Assembly (NCBI GenBank): GCA_963835575.1
Contig: CAWIGG010000006.1
Location: forward strand, 368,857-432,856
Direction of reading: 5' to 3'
Length of the DNA: 64,000 nt
From: an uncultured Spirochaetota bacterium
Lineage (GTDB): Bacteria > Spirochaetota > Brevinematia > Brevinematales > JAOACQ01
Shown here: positions 10,085-21,338 of the stretch, in pieces
Numbering within the stretch: the stretch's first letter is position 1
Layout of the letters: each line of letters opens with the position of its first letter
The notes under the pieces: model-generated
What the model saw: only the letters and a program-made list of their open reading frames with translations
Told to the model about the DNA's origin: nothing
Databases searched by the model: none
Position numbers and translations under genes: made by a program

Positions 10085-10816
10085 TTATAATTTATCTATT
10101 AAATCATCCGCCATGGAATCCGGTTCGCTCTTCAGATCCGAGACAAAGGTGCCGAACTTTTGATAACCGATGAATATGCCGCCCCTGGGTTCGATCAACT
10201 GCTTCATCCGACTTTTCATGGCTTCCTTCATTTCAGGGCTTATATCGGTAAACCAGCCGCTCAGGATCACAAAGCACTTAACGCCTTTCAGATCGGCGCT
10301 GTTAATAAAATCAACAAAAGGCGGGCGGGGTTTGCTTCCATAGACCGGGGATGAGAGTATTATTGCCGATACTTCTTTCGGGTTTATCTTCAAATCGGGT
10401 CCGGCAGTATAGAGTGTGACTTTTATTCCTTTGCCGGAGAGTCTGCCGGCGATAAGCGTGTTTATCCTTTTCTGAAATCCCGATCCGCCGGGATGATAAA
10501 CAACGGCAACCGATTTGACGCTGTCTGCCTGTTCAAAAACTACCGGCTTATTGTTCCGGGCCCTGTCGGCGCCGATGAGAACAACGTAAGCATTGGGCAG
10601 AGCGATCAATCCGATTAAAATGATAAAAACCCAGAGAACAATTCCGAAGGCGTGAATACCGGTTTTATCATGGTATAACAGCCAGTGAATTCCGAGAAGG
10701 ATGAGCGAAATCAGGGCGGCAAAATTAAGCTGCAGCGGCATCCGGTAGATAAAAGGAAAAAGCAGAATGATGACCTGGCATGCTATCAGAATAACGGATA
10801 AAGTAATATAAAACAT
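10085..10816 (-). CDS. Membrane protein with flavodoxin-like C-terminal domain
   Basis: Three N-terminal TMs; 'VVYHPGGSG', 'IILSSPVYGS'. Confidence 0.65.
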   Translation of the reverse strand: MFYITLSVILIACQVIILLFPFIYRMPLQLNFAALISLILLGIHWLLYHDKTGIHAFGIVLWVFIILIGLIALPNAYVVLIGADRARNNKPVVFEQADSVKSVAVVYHPGGSGFQKRINTLIAGRLSGKGIKVTLYTAGPDLKINPKEVSAIILSSPVYGSKPRPPFVDFINSADLKGVKCFVILSGWFTDISPEMKEAMKSRMKQLIEPRGGIFIGYQKFGTFVSDLKSEPDSMADDLIDKL

Positions 10817-11003
10817 AATCCCTCCGTCCGGAATTCCTCAAAGATTGCTTTTTCTTTCAGCATGGAGCCAAACACTTTTTAACGCTATTGAATAAAAGAG
10901 GTAAAAACCGCCTGCCATCACAAACCGAGTGAACTATTTGTATTGACAGACGGATGCTATTTACCTTTTCAACGCTTGATTATAAGCTTTGAACTTATAG
11001 GTT

Positions 11004-11267
11004 TTAGAAGCGGCTGGGGCGTTCTTCTCTCGGCCTGGCGACATTCACTTTAATGTTCCTGCCGTCGACTTCCTTGCCGTCCAGCTGTTTGATGGCTTCT
11101 TCAGCTTCAGCCTGCTCGGGCATTTCAACGAACCCGAAGCCTTTCGATCTGCCTGATCCGCGGTCAATAACGACTGTTGCTTCACTAACGGTGCCGAAAG
11201 CTTTGAAAATATCACTCAAACTCGCATCAGTCGTATTAAACGAAAGATTTCCTACATAGATTTTCAT
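11004..11267 (-). CDS. RRM RNA-binding protein
   Basis: RNP2 'IYVGNL' and RNP1 'KGFGFVEM'. Confidence 0.95.
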   Translation of the reverse strand: MKIYVGNLSFNTTDASLSDIFKAFGTVSEATVVIDRGSGRSKGFGFVEMPEQAEAEEAIKQLDGKEVDGRNIKVNVARPREERPSRF

Positions 11268-11396
11268 TTATCATCTCCTTTAAGTAAAGTTAATACTCTT
11301 ATATAGTATAGTCAAGATAATTGTGGCTTATTTTTGGATAAAAATCAAACAATTCTTCAATAAGAAGAAAGGTTTCTTTATGGTTTTAAACCGCTT

Positions 11397-11891
11397 TTAT
11401 TTTTTTATTTGTTTTGCCGGCAATATGAATACCTCTTCCCAGAACATGAGATTCATGAGGGTATAGAGCCTGAACCGTCCGGCGCCGTATTTTTCTTTAA
11501 TTGTTGACCTGCTGATGGGAATGAACCCGATTTGTACTATCAGTTCTCTGGAAGGCCGGTTCTTCTTTTCAATGGCGGCATATATATCCGCCGGTCCTGT
11601 TTCCTTTTCAATAGAATGAATTGCCTGACGAATGAGGCTTTTTCCGATCCCTTTCCTTCTATAATCCGGATGAACCGCAAGGTAGTAAAGGTACCCGACT
11701 TTTTTACTTTCAAGATCAAAAATCCGGTAGTTAATAACCCCGGCTATTTTGCCCCCGTCTTCCGAGATAAAAGTATTTTGAAGGGAAGCGATGCTTCTTC
11801 TGGCAAAATAGGCATAAATCCGGCTGAAGGAAATTGTTAATATCCCGTTTATTGCTTCCAGGTCGTTTTGTTCCGGTACTCGGATATTCAT
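11397..11891 (-). CDS. GNAT acetyltransferase
   Basis: Motif A 'LAVHPDYRRKGIGKSL'. Confidence 0.9.
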   Translation of the reverse strand: MNIRVPEQNDLEAINGILTISFSRIYAYFARRSIASLQNTFISEDGGKIAGVINYRIFDLESKKVGYLYYLAVHPDYRRKGIGKSLIRQAIHSIEKETGPADIYAAIEKKNRPSRELIVQIGFIPISRSTIKEKYGAGRFRLYTLMNLMFWEEVFILPAKQIKK

Positions 11892-11984
11892 ATAATATAA
11901 TCCCTTTAAAATTCCTCAAGATATGTTCGGCGGCCGGTTTAATAAACATAAATGATAGCTAATAGGTATGCCGGGCCGGCCTTT

Positions 11985-12219
11985 TTATTTTACTCCGGCC
12001 TCTTTTAACAGGCTGATGATATTCTTGTGTCCATTTTCGGCCGCGTACATCAAAGCTGTCCTGCCTTCATTATCCATTGCATTGATATTTCCTTGATAAC
12101 TCTTAATAAATTTGATATCCCGTTTAATGGAGGCGTCGATCAAAGGCACTCTGGAACATGAGTTGGTCAGGATAAATGCGAAGTTTGTGAGCAAAATAAA
12201 AAATTAAACACTTTTTCAT
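11985..12219 (-). pseudogene. Ankyrin-repeat protein remnant (frameshifted, short)
   Basis: 'GRTALMYAAENGHKNIISLL' ankyrin repeat; ATG at 12219 is out of frame across a T-run. Confidence 0.6.
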
Positions 12220-12267
12220 ATGGATTAATTCTCCCGGTTTTGATATTATTTCTTTGTCTTCTCCGGC

Positions 12268-12720
12268 TCACCTGTTCTTTTTTACCGTCGGCGCTTTAAC
12301 CTGCCTTTTTATTCCTTTACTGTCTGTAATACGGGCCAGCTTAAGCGTATCGAATTCCCGGATGACGATTTCAGCCAGGTATAAAACACGGCATCCTTTT
12401 TCCAGGTGGCCGGCATAGGCCTTTTTATGGTCCGAGACCACGGCGTGCAGGTGTGGAACGCCGTCCGCGATGATCCCCTGGACGGAAGCGAGCTCCAGGG
12501 GTTTGTTTTTCCATCTTTTGAAATATTCCACCGGAGGATATCCTGTTGTCATGACCATATGCAGGACGCAGAAATCCAGCGTGCCGATCCCTGATAACAC
12601 CACGCCGTCCCTTATTTTTTCCTTTCGGATGGTTTCATTGACGCTGTCCAGCACATCATTTCCGGGGTCAAGCCGGAGGACGAAGGTCCTTCCAGCGTCT
12701 TTTCCTGAAAAAGAGTCCAT
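12268..12720 (-). CDS. PPC/DUF296 domain protein
   Basis: 'VLRLDPG.DV', 'GIGTL', 'ELASVQG', 'PHLHAVVSD', 'AGHL'. Confidence 0.88.
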   Translation of the reverse strand: MDSFSGKDAGRTFVLRLDPGNDVLDSVNETIRKEKIRDGVVLSGIGTLDFCVLHMVMTTGYPPVEYFKRWKNKPLELASVQGIIADGVPHLHAVVSDHKKAYAGHLEKGCRVLYLAEIVIREFDTLKLARITDSKGIKRQVKAPTVKKNR

Positions 12721-12730
12721 ATTTTCTCCT

Positions 12731-13434
12731 TTACCTGACGGTGTCATCCGGGGGTAATCCCATGTCTTCATAAAGCTTTTTACGGTTGACCTTGTCCTTT
12801 CGTAATTCCCGGAGCGCGTACATGGCGGCATCCGGCGCTATTTTCCGCGGCACCACGATAACCCCGTCGCCGTCGGCCGCCACCACGTCTCCCGGGTTGA
12901 CCGTAACGCCGCCCGCCTGGACCGGTATGTCCATGACGTCAAACTGCAGGCGGCCCTGGACCATCGACTGCGATATGAATTTTGACCAGAAAGGGATTTT
13001 CTGTATTATTAGCTCATCTGTATCGCGAACGCCGCCGTTCGATACAAAGCCCGCCGCGCCCCGCTTCAGGCATTCCAGGGTGTTGTGGGAGCCCATCAGC
13101 CCGGCGTCCACGCCGCTCCGGTCGATGACAATGAAATCGCCTTCGGTTATCCCGTCAACCCATGGATAGGTGCAGACATTCCCGTAGTACCAGTCCGACC
13201 AGGCCGTGTATTCATCGGGCGTCAGCTTCGGTATGGGGCCGCTGTACGGCAGGTAGCGGACCGTCCCGTCCTGGCAATACCGCAGGCCCGGACGCGGAAT
13301 ACCGGGCGGATATCATAATCCATGGAGCCGTAAGGATGCATCTGGAGCCAGTCCATCCCGTCCCTGATGTCGGCCACGCGGAGGTCCTTGAAAAGTTCGA
13401 GCAGTTTTTTGTTTTCCGGATCGGCAGGTTTCAT
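12731..13434 (-). pseudogene. RraA-family (HMG aldolase-like) protein, frameshifted
   Basis: 'GGVRDTDE', 'GGVTVNPGDVVAADGDGVIVVP'. A 5-bp tandem duplication CGTCC at 13262-13271 breaks 'ARTVRYLPY'. Confidence 0.82.
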
Positions 13435-13597
13435 AATGGATTCCTTATACCGGGACCGCTAATGTATCCCTTGATTTTTATTCAATATAAAACAGCGCCG
13501 GATAAAAGTCAAAAAGAGCATTATTTGCTTGACATATGGATCCATCCGATTTCTGGAGATTGCATAAATTATTTGTTATAATTCTGGAAACTGATAA

Positions 13598-13912
13598 TCC
13601 GCTAATTCACGCGAATATACGCGAATTTGGGAAAATATGCGATGATTTACAGGAAGACGGAAAGAAGGGAAGAGCTAAAAAATGATTATAATAATAGTTA
13701 TTACCTATGTAAAAGGATACCGTCATTCCGCTATTTAAGAAACCTGAAAAAGTATAAAATAAGGAAATGGATTAGGCATATAATAATTATAAAATCCCTA
13801 AGGCTTTTGATCAGTAAGGAAATAATAAGCAATAGCCTTATTGTCCTCCTGTTAATTTAAATATAGCTATAATTCAAGAATTTATTAGTGTGCATTCGCG
13901 TGACTTAGCGGA
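13598..13912. repeat. Intergenic unit with 29-bp imperfect terminal inverted repeats
   Basis: TCCGCTAATTCACGCGAATATACGCGAAT vs reverse complement TCCGCTAAGTCACGCGAATGCACACTAAT; also contains a copy of the ACAGGAAGACGG motif seen at ~2187. Confidence 0.6.
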
Positions 13913-13967
13913 ATACTAATTAGTATGAGTTGATTATTTTATAAATTATGATTTGGATTGTAATGTT

Positions 13968-15884
13968 ATGATTTATATTCTTATGGGTGTTTCCGGGTGC
14001 GGGAAAACAACCGTCGGTAAAATTTTCGCGGAAGCGCTGGGTCTGCCTTTTTATGACGGCGATGATTTTCATTCCGGACCCAATATTGCTAAAATGCGCC
14101 GGGGCATTCCTCTTGACGATAACGACCGCTTAGAGTGGCTTCAATTGCTGGCTGGTAAAATAATCGAATGGGACCGGCCGGCAGGGGCGGTGCTGGCATG
14201 TTCCGCTTTAAAGAAGAGCTACCGGTCGATACTTTCTTCCGGCGGCAGGGTCCCGGTAACTTTCATACTCCTGGATGGAAGCTATGAACTGGTATCAAAG
14301 TATTTAAAGAGGCGCAAAGGGCACTTTTTCCCCGTAAAGCTTTTAAAAAGCCAGTTTGAAATACTGGAAAGGCCGGAAGACGGAATTACGGTCAATATCG
14401 ATCAGACGCCCCGGGCCGTATGCGGAGAAATACTGGAAGGCTTAAAGCGGACGAAAGAGGGTAAAGAAGTGAAAAAGAGCGACATAGGTATTTACGGATT
14501 GGGAGTTATGGGACAAAACCTGGCCCTTAATTTTTCCGGCCATGGTTATGCAGTTTCAGTATACAACAGGCCTCTGAGAGAAGAAAAAAAAGCCGTATCG
14601 GAATTTATCGCGGATAGATGCCCGGGAAAAGACATTATCTGTTTCAACGGGATCGGTGAATTCACCGCTTCCCTCTCAAAGCCCAGAAAAATATTAATTA
14701 TGATAAAAGCGGGCAAGGCAGTTGATAAAGTCATCAAAGAGCTTCTGCCCTTCCTTTCCGAAGACGATATTATCATTGACGGCGGGAACTCGCATTACGC
14801 GGACACAGAAAGAAGGCTCTTAAAACTCGGATCATCCGGGATCGGTTATATCGGCTGCGGTATTTCAGGCGGCAGCGAGGGAGCCCTGAATGGGCCTTCT
14901 ATCATGCCGGGGGGATCGCGCAAAGCATGGTTAATGATCGAGAGCATGTTTAAATCAGTCGCCGCCAGATATGACGGATCTCCATGCTGCGAATGGATCG
15001 GCGAAGGCGGAGCGGGCCATTTTGTTAAAATGGTCCACAACGGCATCGAGTATTCCATCATGCAGCTGATCGCGGAAGTCTTTGACATCATGACAAGAAT
15101 GCTGAAAATGAAATTGCCGGACATCTATAAAGTTTTTTCATCCTGGAACAGCGGTGTTCTGCAGAGTTACCTGCTGAAAATCACCTGTGAACTGCTGAAA
15201 GCCGTTGATGATAAGGGCATTCCTGTCCTGGATAATATACTGGATTATTCCACCCAGAAGGGAACAGGGCAGGACATTTTGATAAGCGCGTTGGAACTCG
15301 GGATACCGTTTACTCTGACAGGGGAAGCGGTACAATCCAGATACCTTTCCGGTATGATTGAAGAAAGAAAAAAAACAGCCCTGCTGTTTGACAGTTCCCG
15401 CCCTTTTACAGGAAACCGCGGCGCGTTTCTGGCCGGTTTGCAGGACGCTTATTATTGTACGCAGTTAACCGCCTATGAACAGGGTTTCAGGCTTATCGAG
15501 GCCGCGTCACAAAAATACAACTGGAAAATTCAGCTCGAGAATGTCATGAAAATATGGCGGGGCGGCTGCATTATCCAGTCCCGGATGCTGAATAAAATAG
15601 CCTCGCAGGACGTAAAGAATAATGAACTGAAAATCTTTGAAAAATTCGCGCGGCATCTCAAGGAAAAAAACACAGGCTGGAGGGAGGCCGTCGCCGGAGC
15701 CGTGCGGCATGGAATACCCGTGCCTGTAATGTCCTCCTCAATATCCTATTTTGACGGCCTGCGTTCCGCGATACTGCCGGCAAATTTGACCCAGGCGCAG
15801 AGGGATTACTTCGGCTCGCATGGTTTTGCCCGGATTGACGCTCCGGCGGACAAAGTCTTCCATTTAAAGTTAAGAAAATTATGA
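13968..15884 (+). CDS. gnd: Gluconokinase fused to NADP-dependent 6-phosphogluconate dehydrogenase
   Basis: N-terminal P-loop 'GVSGCGKTT', 'DGDDFH', 'LACSALK'; then 'GLGVMGQNLALN', 'GHFVKMVHNGIEY', 'QAQRDYFGSH'. Confidence 0.93.
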   Translation: MIYILMGVSGCGKTTVGKIFAEALGLPFYDGDDFHSGPNIAKMRRGIPLDDNDRLEWLQLLAGKIIEWDRPAGAVLACSALKKSYRSILSSGGRVPVTFILLDGSYELVSKYLKRRKGHFFPVKLLKSQFEILERPEDGITVNIDQTPRAVCGEILEGLKRTKEGKEVKKSDIGIYGLGVMGQNLALNFSGHGYAVSVYNRPLREEKKAVSEFIADRCPGKDIICFNGIGEFTASLSKPRKILIMIKAGKAVDKVIKELLPFLSEDDIIIDGGNSHYADTERRLLKLGSSGIGYIGCGISGGSEGALNGPSIMPGGSRKAWLMIESMFKSVAARYDGSPCCEWIGEGGAGHFVKMVHNGIEYSIMQLIAEVFDIMTRMLKMKLPDIYKVFSSWNSGVLQSYLLKITCELLKAVDDKGIPVLDNILDYSTQKGTGQDILISALELGIPFTLTGEAVQSRYLSGMIEERKKTALLFDSSRPFTGNRGAFLAGLQDAYYCTQLTAYEQGFRLIEAASQKYNWKIQLENVMKIWRGGCIIQSRMLNKIASQDVKNNELKIFEKFARHLKEKNTGWREAVAGAVRHGIPVPVMSSSISYFDGLRSAILPANLTQAQRDYFGSHGFARIDAPADKVFHLKLRKL

Positions 15885-16101
15885 AAAATAACCGATGCTT
15901 CCCTGCCTAAGCGGGACACTTCTTTGGAGAGAGTGGGAAACGGATATTAAGTAATTCCTTATATGTAAAGAATAGCAAACTTCCAGAAATATTTTACTGG
16001 CACCTGACAAAAATAATTTTTATAAATTCGATTATAGCCGGGTAAATGGAAGCCTGTATCTCATAGTTATCAGAAGGCGGATATTCGGGTTATTGCCTTT
16101 G

Positions 16102-17314
16102 TTAAGGCAATATCGTCTTGTTCGTATCAGTCCAGTAACAGGCTTTATTGCTGGAATCCTGCCCGGCTGTGTAGACGGTGCCGTTATAGACAAAGATTGA
16201 GTATGCCTGTCCGCTTATGTCCAGGCTTGTCCTGGTCGTACCTGTCCAGTAGCAGGCGCCCCAACCGGCGGTATAAACAGTCCCGTTATAGACATAAATT
16301 GAATATGCCTGTCCGCTCCAAGCCTGTATGGTCTTGTTCGTGCCCGTCCAGTAACAGGTTTTATCATTATTATCACACCCGGCGGTATAGACGGTGCCGT
16401 TATACACAAAGATCGATCGTGCTTCAGGCAAGAGGGGCCCCCCCGTTGCTAAAATGGTCTTATTTCGTTCCCGTCCAGTAACAGGCTTCAAATTGGGTGT
16501 CCCAACCAATTCCAGCGGTATAGACGGTTCCGTTAGTGACAAAAATTGAGTATGCTTCGAGAAGGGTTGCGCCGGGCAGCATGGTCTCGGTTGTACCTGT
16601 CCAGAAACAGGCGCTGTAGTAAATGGTATTGTCCTGCCCGGCAGTATAGACAGTATCATTATAGACAAAAATTGAGTTTGCCTTTCCTCCGCTCGTTAAC
16701 TGTGTCTTTGCCGTACCCGTCCAGTAGCAGGCGTTAGAATTTGCGTCCAGCCCGGCAGTATAGACGGTCCCGTTAGTGACAAAAATTGAGTTTGCTGTTC
16801 CGCCGTCCGCTAATTGCGTCTTTGCAGTACCAATCCAATAGCAGGCGTTATTACTGGAGTCCCGCCCCGCGGTATAGATAGTGCCGTTATAGACATAAAT
16901 TGAGTTTGCCTGGCTGGGATAAAAGCCGGAAAAATTGAAAGGCGCGTTACTGATAATCCATTGCTTGGGATTATCTATGTAGGTTATATAAATTGTTTGA
17001 TCTGCCGGGACATTAAAATTATATGACCGCTGACCTGAAAATTGGAAAAAGTAAATACCGGGGTCGGTATTAAAAGCAGATGAACCGCAAGCCGAAATAG
17101 TAGAAGAAGAAATAGTTTTACCTACTGCAGGATCAGGGGAATAAAAGGAAGAATTGGAATTAGCACATAACGTAAAAGTACCGCTGCAATTAGCGGCTGC
17201 TATGATTCGACCGCTTGCGGGTCCGGATTGAGAAGAATCCGGAGAATTGGAACAAGCCGCTGTCAAAACCCCCAGAGCGATAAAAATACCGTAAAAATAG
17301 ATATTTCTTTTCAT
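16102..17314 (-). pseudogene. Lipoprotein with ~40-aa tandem repeats (probable beta-propeller), one +1 frameshift
   Basis: Lipobox 'TAAC'; repeats 'SIFVxNGTVYTAG...ACYWTGT' continue in a second frame after ~16463. Confidence 0.75.
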
Positions 17315-17547
17315 AAAACCCGCCTTTCTTTTATAGTACGCAATGAGCGATAACGCTCATTTAAGGAAAAGTATATTAGACTTTTTATTAATAATCAAAA
17401 AACGAAACAATCGAAAAATATAAAACACGAAAAATAATTTTATCAAGTAATATGAAAATAGTTTGTTTTTATTAGAGAATCAAAATGAGTCAAACCGGCC
17501 AAAAGGATTAGTTGCTTTTCATTGCCCGGATCGAAAATCCCTTTATG

Positions 17548-20500
17548 TCACTGTTCTTTCTCCAGTTCGTAACCGCTGTAGAGGATCCTTTCTCCGTCCG
17601 CGGTATTGACAGCTTGTATTGTATCGCCCATGTTCCTTCCCAGACCCATAACCACCGCTTCATTATCATTAATAGGCTGCAGCGGCGCTCCGTTCAGGAA
17701 GAAGAACCTGCTGTTCCGGTCATATTCCATAATAAAGCTGTCCGGAGAAAACCAGGGGTCTTTGTTCAGAACTTTATACTTCCCGGCGCGCTTCATCCAG
17801 GCCTCCGGGATTTCAACCGGCGTGACTTTTTCCGCCGAACCGTATTCCACCCCGGAAAGAATGAAGGACAGCATCTGCCTGCCCAGGACCTTCCTGGGCT
17901 TGATCTGGATGACTTTGTACCCGGTATCTATGTCAAACAGCCCGAAGAGCTTGAACTGAAGGGAATAAAGCCCGTTTTCGTGCGCCTGAAGGTCGAGCCA
18001 GGTACCGCCCCAGCTGTACTGCAGCCCGTCGCCGTTCTTTTTCAGCTCGCTAAAGCCGGATATGCTGCTTGCGTAATAACCGGGAAGGGCCTGCAGATCA
18101 GCCGCGCTTGTTTTAACAACCGGGGAAGGCTTTTGGTTGGTGAAAAGAACGCCGTACTTCGCTTCCAATATTGACTGCAGGGACTCGCAAGCGATCTTGT
18201 TCAGGCCAAGAGAACCCATTCCCTTCATCGAATTGACCAGAATAAAAACGCCGATATTTTTTTCCGGACTGAATAACAGCGATGCATGGAAGGGAGGAAG
18301 GTCACCGTCATGGCCCGCGAAAACCCGATTGTCCATTTCCGGTACCGGCATGAGCCAGTAAGTCAACCCAATCCGGAAACTGCCGTCCAGAACGACATTC
18401 GTATTCTGGGCGGTCAGCATTTCTTTCAGTGTGGCTGCCTTTAAAATATTGGTATTCCCCGTTTTTCCCTGGTTCAGAAGCATCTTCAGGAACGCCGACA
18501 TATCGTCCGCCGTCGTATTGAGGCCTCCGGCCGGTATGTCACGGACATAAGGGATAACTGTTTCCCCGGCGGCGGAATAGCCTTTGGAATAAAGGTCTTT
18601 CCACTCGGGCTTGATGAGAAAAGAAGAATGCCCCATTCCGAGAGGTTTGAGAATATTTTCCTGCAGATAGCTTTCGTAATCCTTTCCGCTGACCCGGCTG
18701 ACAATACACCCCAAGAGGCTGAAACCCAGGTTGCAGTAGGAGAAGATCGTATTGGGAGCGGCCGCGGTATAAACATTGCTGAAAAGCCCTGGAAGCTTGG
18801 TAAATTCATTGGTATAGCCCTCGGGAGCGTTGGTCCCGAAAAAGATGCCCTTCAAACGCTCGCTGGGGAGCCCGGAATGGTGCGTCAGCAGCTCGCGAAC
18901 GGTTATCGGCCCGCTGTTTGTGAAGCGGGAGAGAACGGTGAATTCAGGCAGGTATTCCTGAATAGGCCTGTCCAGGCCGATCTTTCCCTGTTCGGCGAGC
19001 TGCATAACCGCTGTCGCGGTAAAAAGCTTGGAAACGGAGCCTTCGTTCAGGATCGTGCCCGTGGTCATCTTTATTCTTTTACCGGTATCGGCATAACCGA
19101 AACCAGCCGAATAAACGGTATCCAGCCCCTCCACCACCGTGATCGAAAGCCCGGTAATGCCGTTCTTCCGCATTTCCGATTCTATTATATTACTGATATA
19201 TTCACCGGCGGGCGCCAGGTCGATACCGCTGAAAAATGCATTAACATACATTGCTGTAATTATATTAATGTGTCATAATATTTAACATAATTAATTGCAG
19301 GGTAATAAAATGAGTTTAAAAAGACATAGCCAGGATGAACTATATTCGGTAACTAATTTGATGTCGGATTTACTTGAAGAAACAAACCCATTAAAGATAT
19401 TTTCCAGGGAAATATATCCCATATTTCATGATGGGGATTTTAAACATTTATACTCCAGGAAAGGACGCAATGGAATATCACCGGCATTTCTATCAATGGT
19501 TACCATTCTGCAATATTTTGATTCTCTGTCAGACTCAGAAGCAGCGGAAGCTGTGTATTTGCGGCTGGATTGGAAATACGCATTACATTTGCCGATCGAG
19601 AAAGTTTTCATTTTTGACTCTAGCACACTCTGTAATTTCAGAAAGCGTTTTCGGAATAATGGAGAAGAAAATAACGCCTTTAAGAAAATGGTGGAGTTTT
19701 GCCGGGAAAAAGGTTTGATTAAAAGTAATTCACACCAGCGTATTGACGCGACTCATATTGTAAAACATTTAAACCGGATATCAACGACAGAACTACTCTT
19801 CAGAACTGTGCGAGTATTACTGGAAGTATTAGAAAGAAATAATCCCGTGTGGTATGAAGAAAATATTCCAGCGGATTTGATTGAACGCTACTCAAAGAAA
19901 TTCAGTTCATTCGGGATGTCAAAGGGGAAGAGATCGGACAAGCAGGCGGAGATTGTGGAAGATGGCTATCGAATAACGCGGATGATTGAGGGTTCTAAGA
20001 TAGAAAATGAAGAAGTCTTGAAACAGCTAAAAATAATGAAAACCGTATTTCAGGAAAATGTGATCATTCGAGAAAAAGAAGTAGGTGAAAAAGTGTTTAT
20101 AGAAGTGGATGAAATAGAAAAGCCGATGCAGAGCGTAATTGACCCGCGGGATACAACCATTCAATTAGGAAAGAAAGGAAAAACAAGCTGGTCAGGCGAG
20201 AAATGCCATATCGTTGAAACAGCAAACAAAGGCGAGGTGAATTTCATAGTTGATATGATACCACAATCAAACAAGGAAAATGACAATAAAATATTACCGG
20301 AATTGGATAGAAGGAATGAAAATTCAAAATTAAATCCGAAGAAAATCTTTGCGGATAGCAATTATATCAGCAGCAGCGCGATTAAAGAATATGAAGATAA
20401 AGACCAGGTACTGATGGGATATATACAAAAAACTTCAAACGAAGTTCCGGCAGAATTCAGATTGGATAAATTTTCAATAGATATTCAAAACCGGAAAGCT

Positions 20501-21147
20501 GTCTGTCCGGCAGGAAAGACGAATGATTCCTGGAATTTTAGTGAGAAAAGTAATTCGTATCAAGTGTCCTTTCACATGAAACATGCGGAAATTGTATAAA
20601 TTATGGGTTATGTGTCAGAAGAACAAGTAAAAAGTGCGGGGGGCGAAAATTATGTATCACAAAAGAATACACAACTTTGTGCAAGCGGAGAGAAGAACAA
20701 AAGACCGATAAATTTAAAGAAGAAATGAAAGTTCGGGCACAAGTTGAATCGACGATAAGCGCACTGGTTCGATTTCATGGTTTAAGAATGATGAAATATA
20801 AAGGAGAATCAGGCCGTTCTCAGCAATATTACATGGCAGCCTGTGCTTTAAATTTAAAGAGATTTGTCAAAAAGTTAGTTTTAGAGATGAATTAAGGGAA
20901 TTATGAAGTAGAATCATCTACTTTTATTTGGATTTGGCGTCATTTTTGTTTTTGTGTCTTCAAGTGTTCAATTTTTTAAATCTTGAAGTTATCTAAGGAA
21001 ATCGGTTTTTGTAAAGGTGCTATTTTTCAGCGGTATCAGGTCGCCCTTTTTCGCCGTAAAGTCCGGCTTTTGAATTTGTTTTGAGCCGCAAGCGGCGAGG
21101 AAAAGAATGAAACTGAGAATAAAGAGAATATTTATTTTATTCTGCAT
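17548..21147 (-). pseudogene. Beta-lactamase-family serine hydrolase lipoprotein interrupted by IS
   Basis: SxxK 'GSVSK', 'LLTHHSGL', 'YCN', 'GHDG'. The 5' part (MQNKINIL...LAAC...KKGD, 21038-21147) rejoins in frame with 'LAPAGEY' once the IS and one AGGTC copy are removed. Confidence 0.88.
19222..21037 (+). mobile_element. IS1182-family insertion sequence (transposase 19310-20895, frameshifted near 20570)
   Basis: TIR GATACCGCTGAAAAAT / ATTTTTCAGCGGTATC; 5-bp TSD AGGTC (19217-19221, 21038-21042); 'IDATH', 'CPAGK', 'RAQVESTIS' motifs. Confidence 0.88.
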
Positions 21148-21338
21148 CAAATCAATCCTCCCTGCATTCCTGAATTCATTTCCTTATCAGTATAAAGGGC
21201 CATCTCGCGAAACGAAAATATTTGCATGTTAAAACATGAAATCGACACTACCAATAGGTGTTCCGGGTTGTCCGCTCCTGAATACCGGCTTGCGAGCATG
21301 ACTGGAAGCGGTAGAATAATACCGGCAGAATTGCACAA

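Noticed and set aside
17512..19278. Long plus-strand ORFs (17512-18174, 18628-19278) and similar antisense ORFs in the RND gene
   Set aside because: Shadow frames of well-supported genes on the opposite strand.
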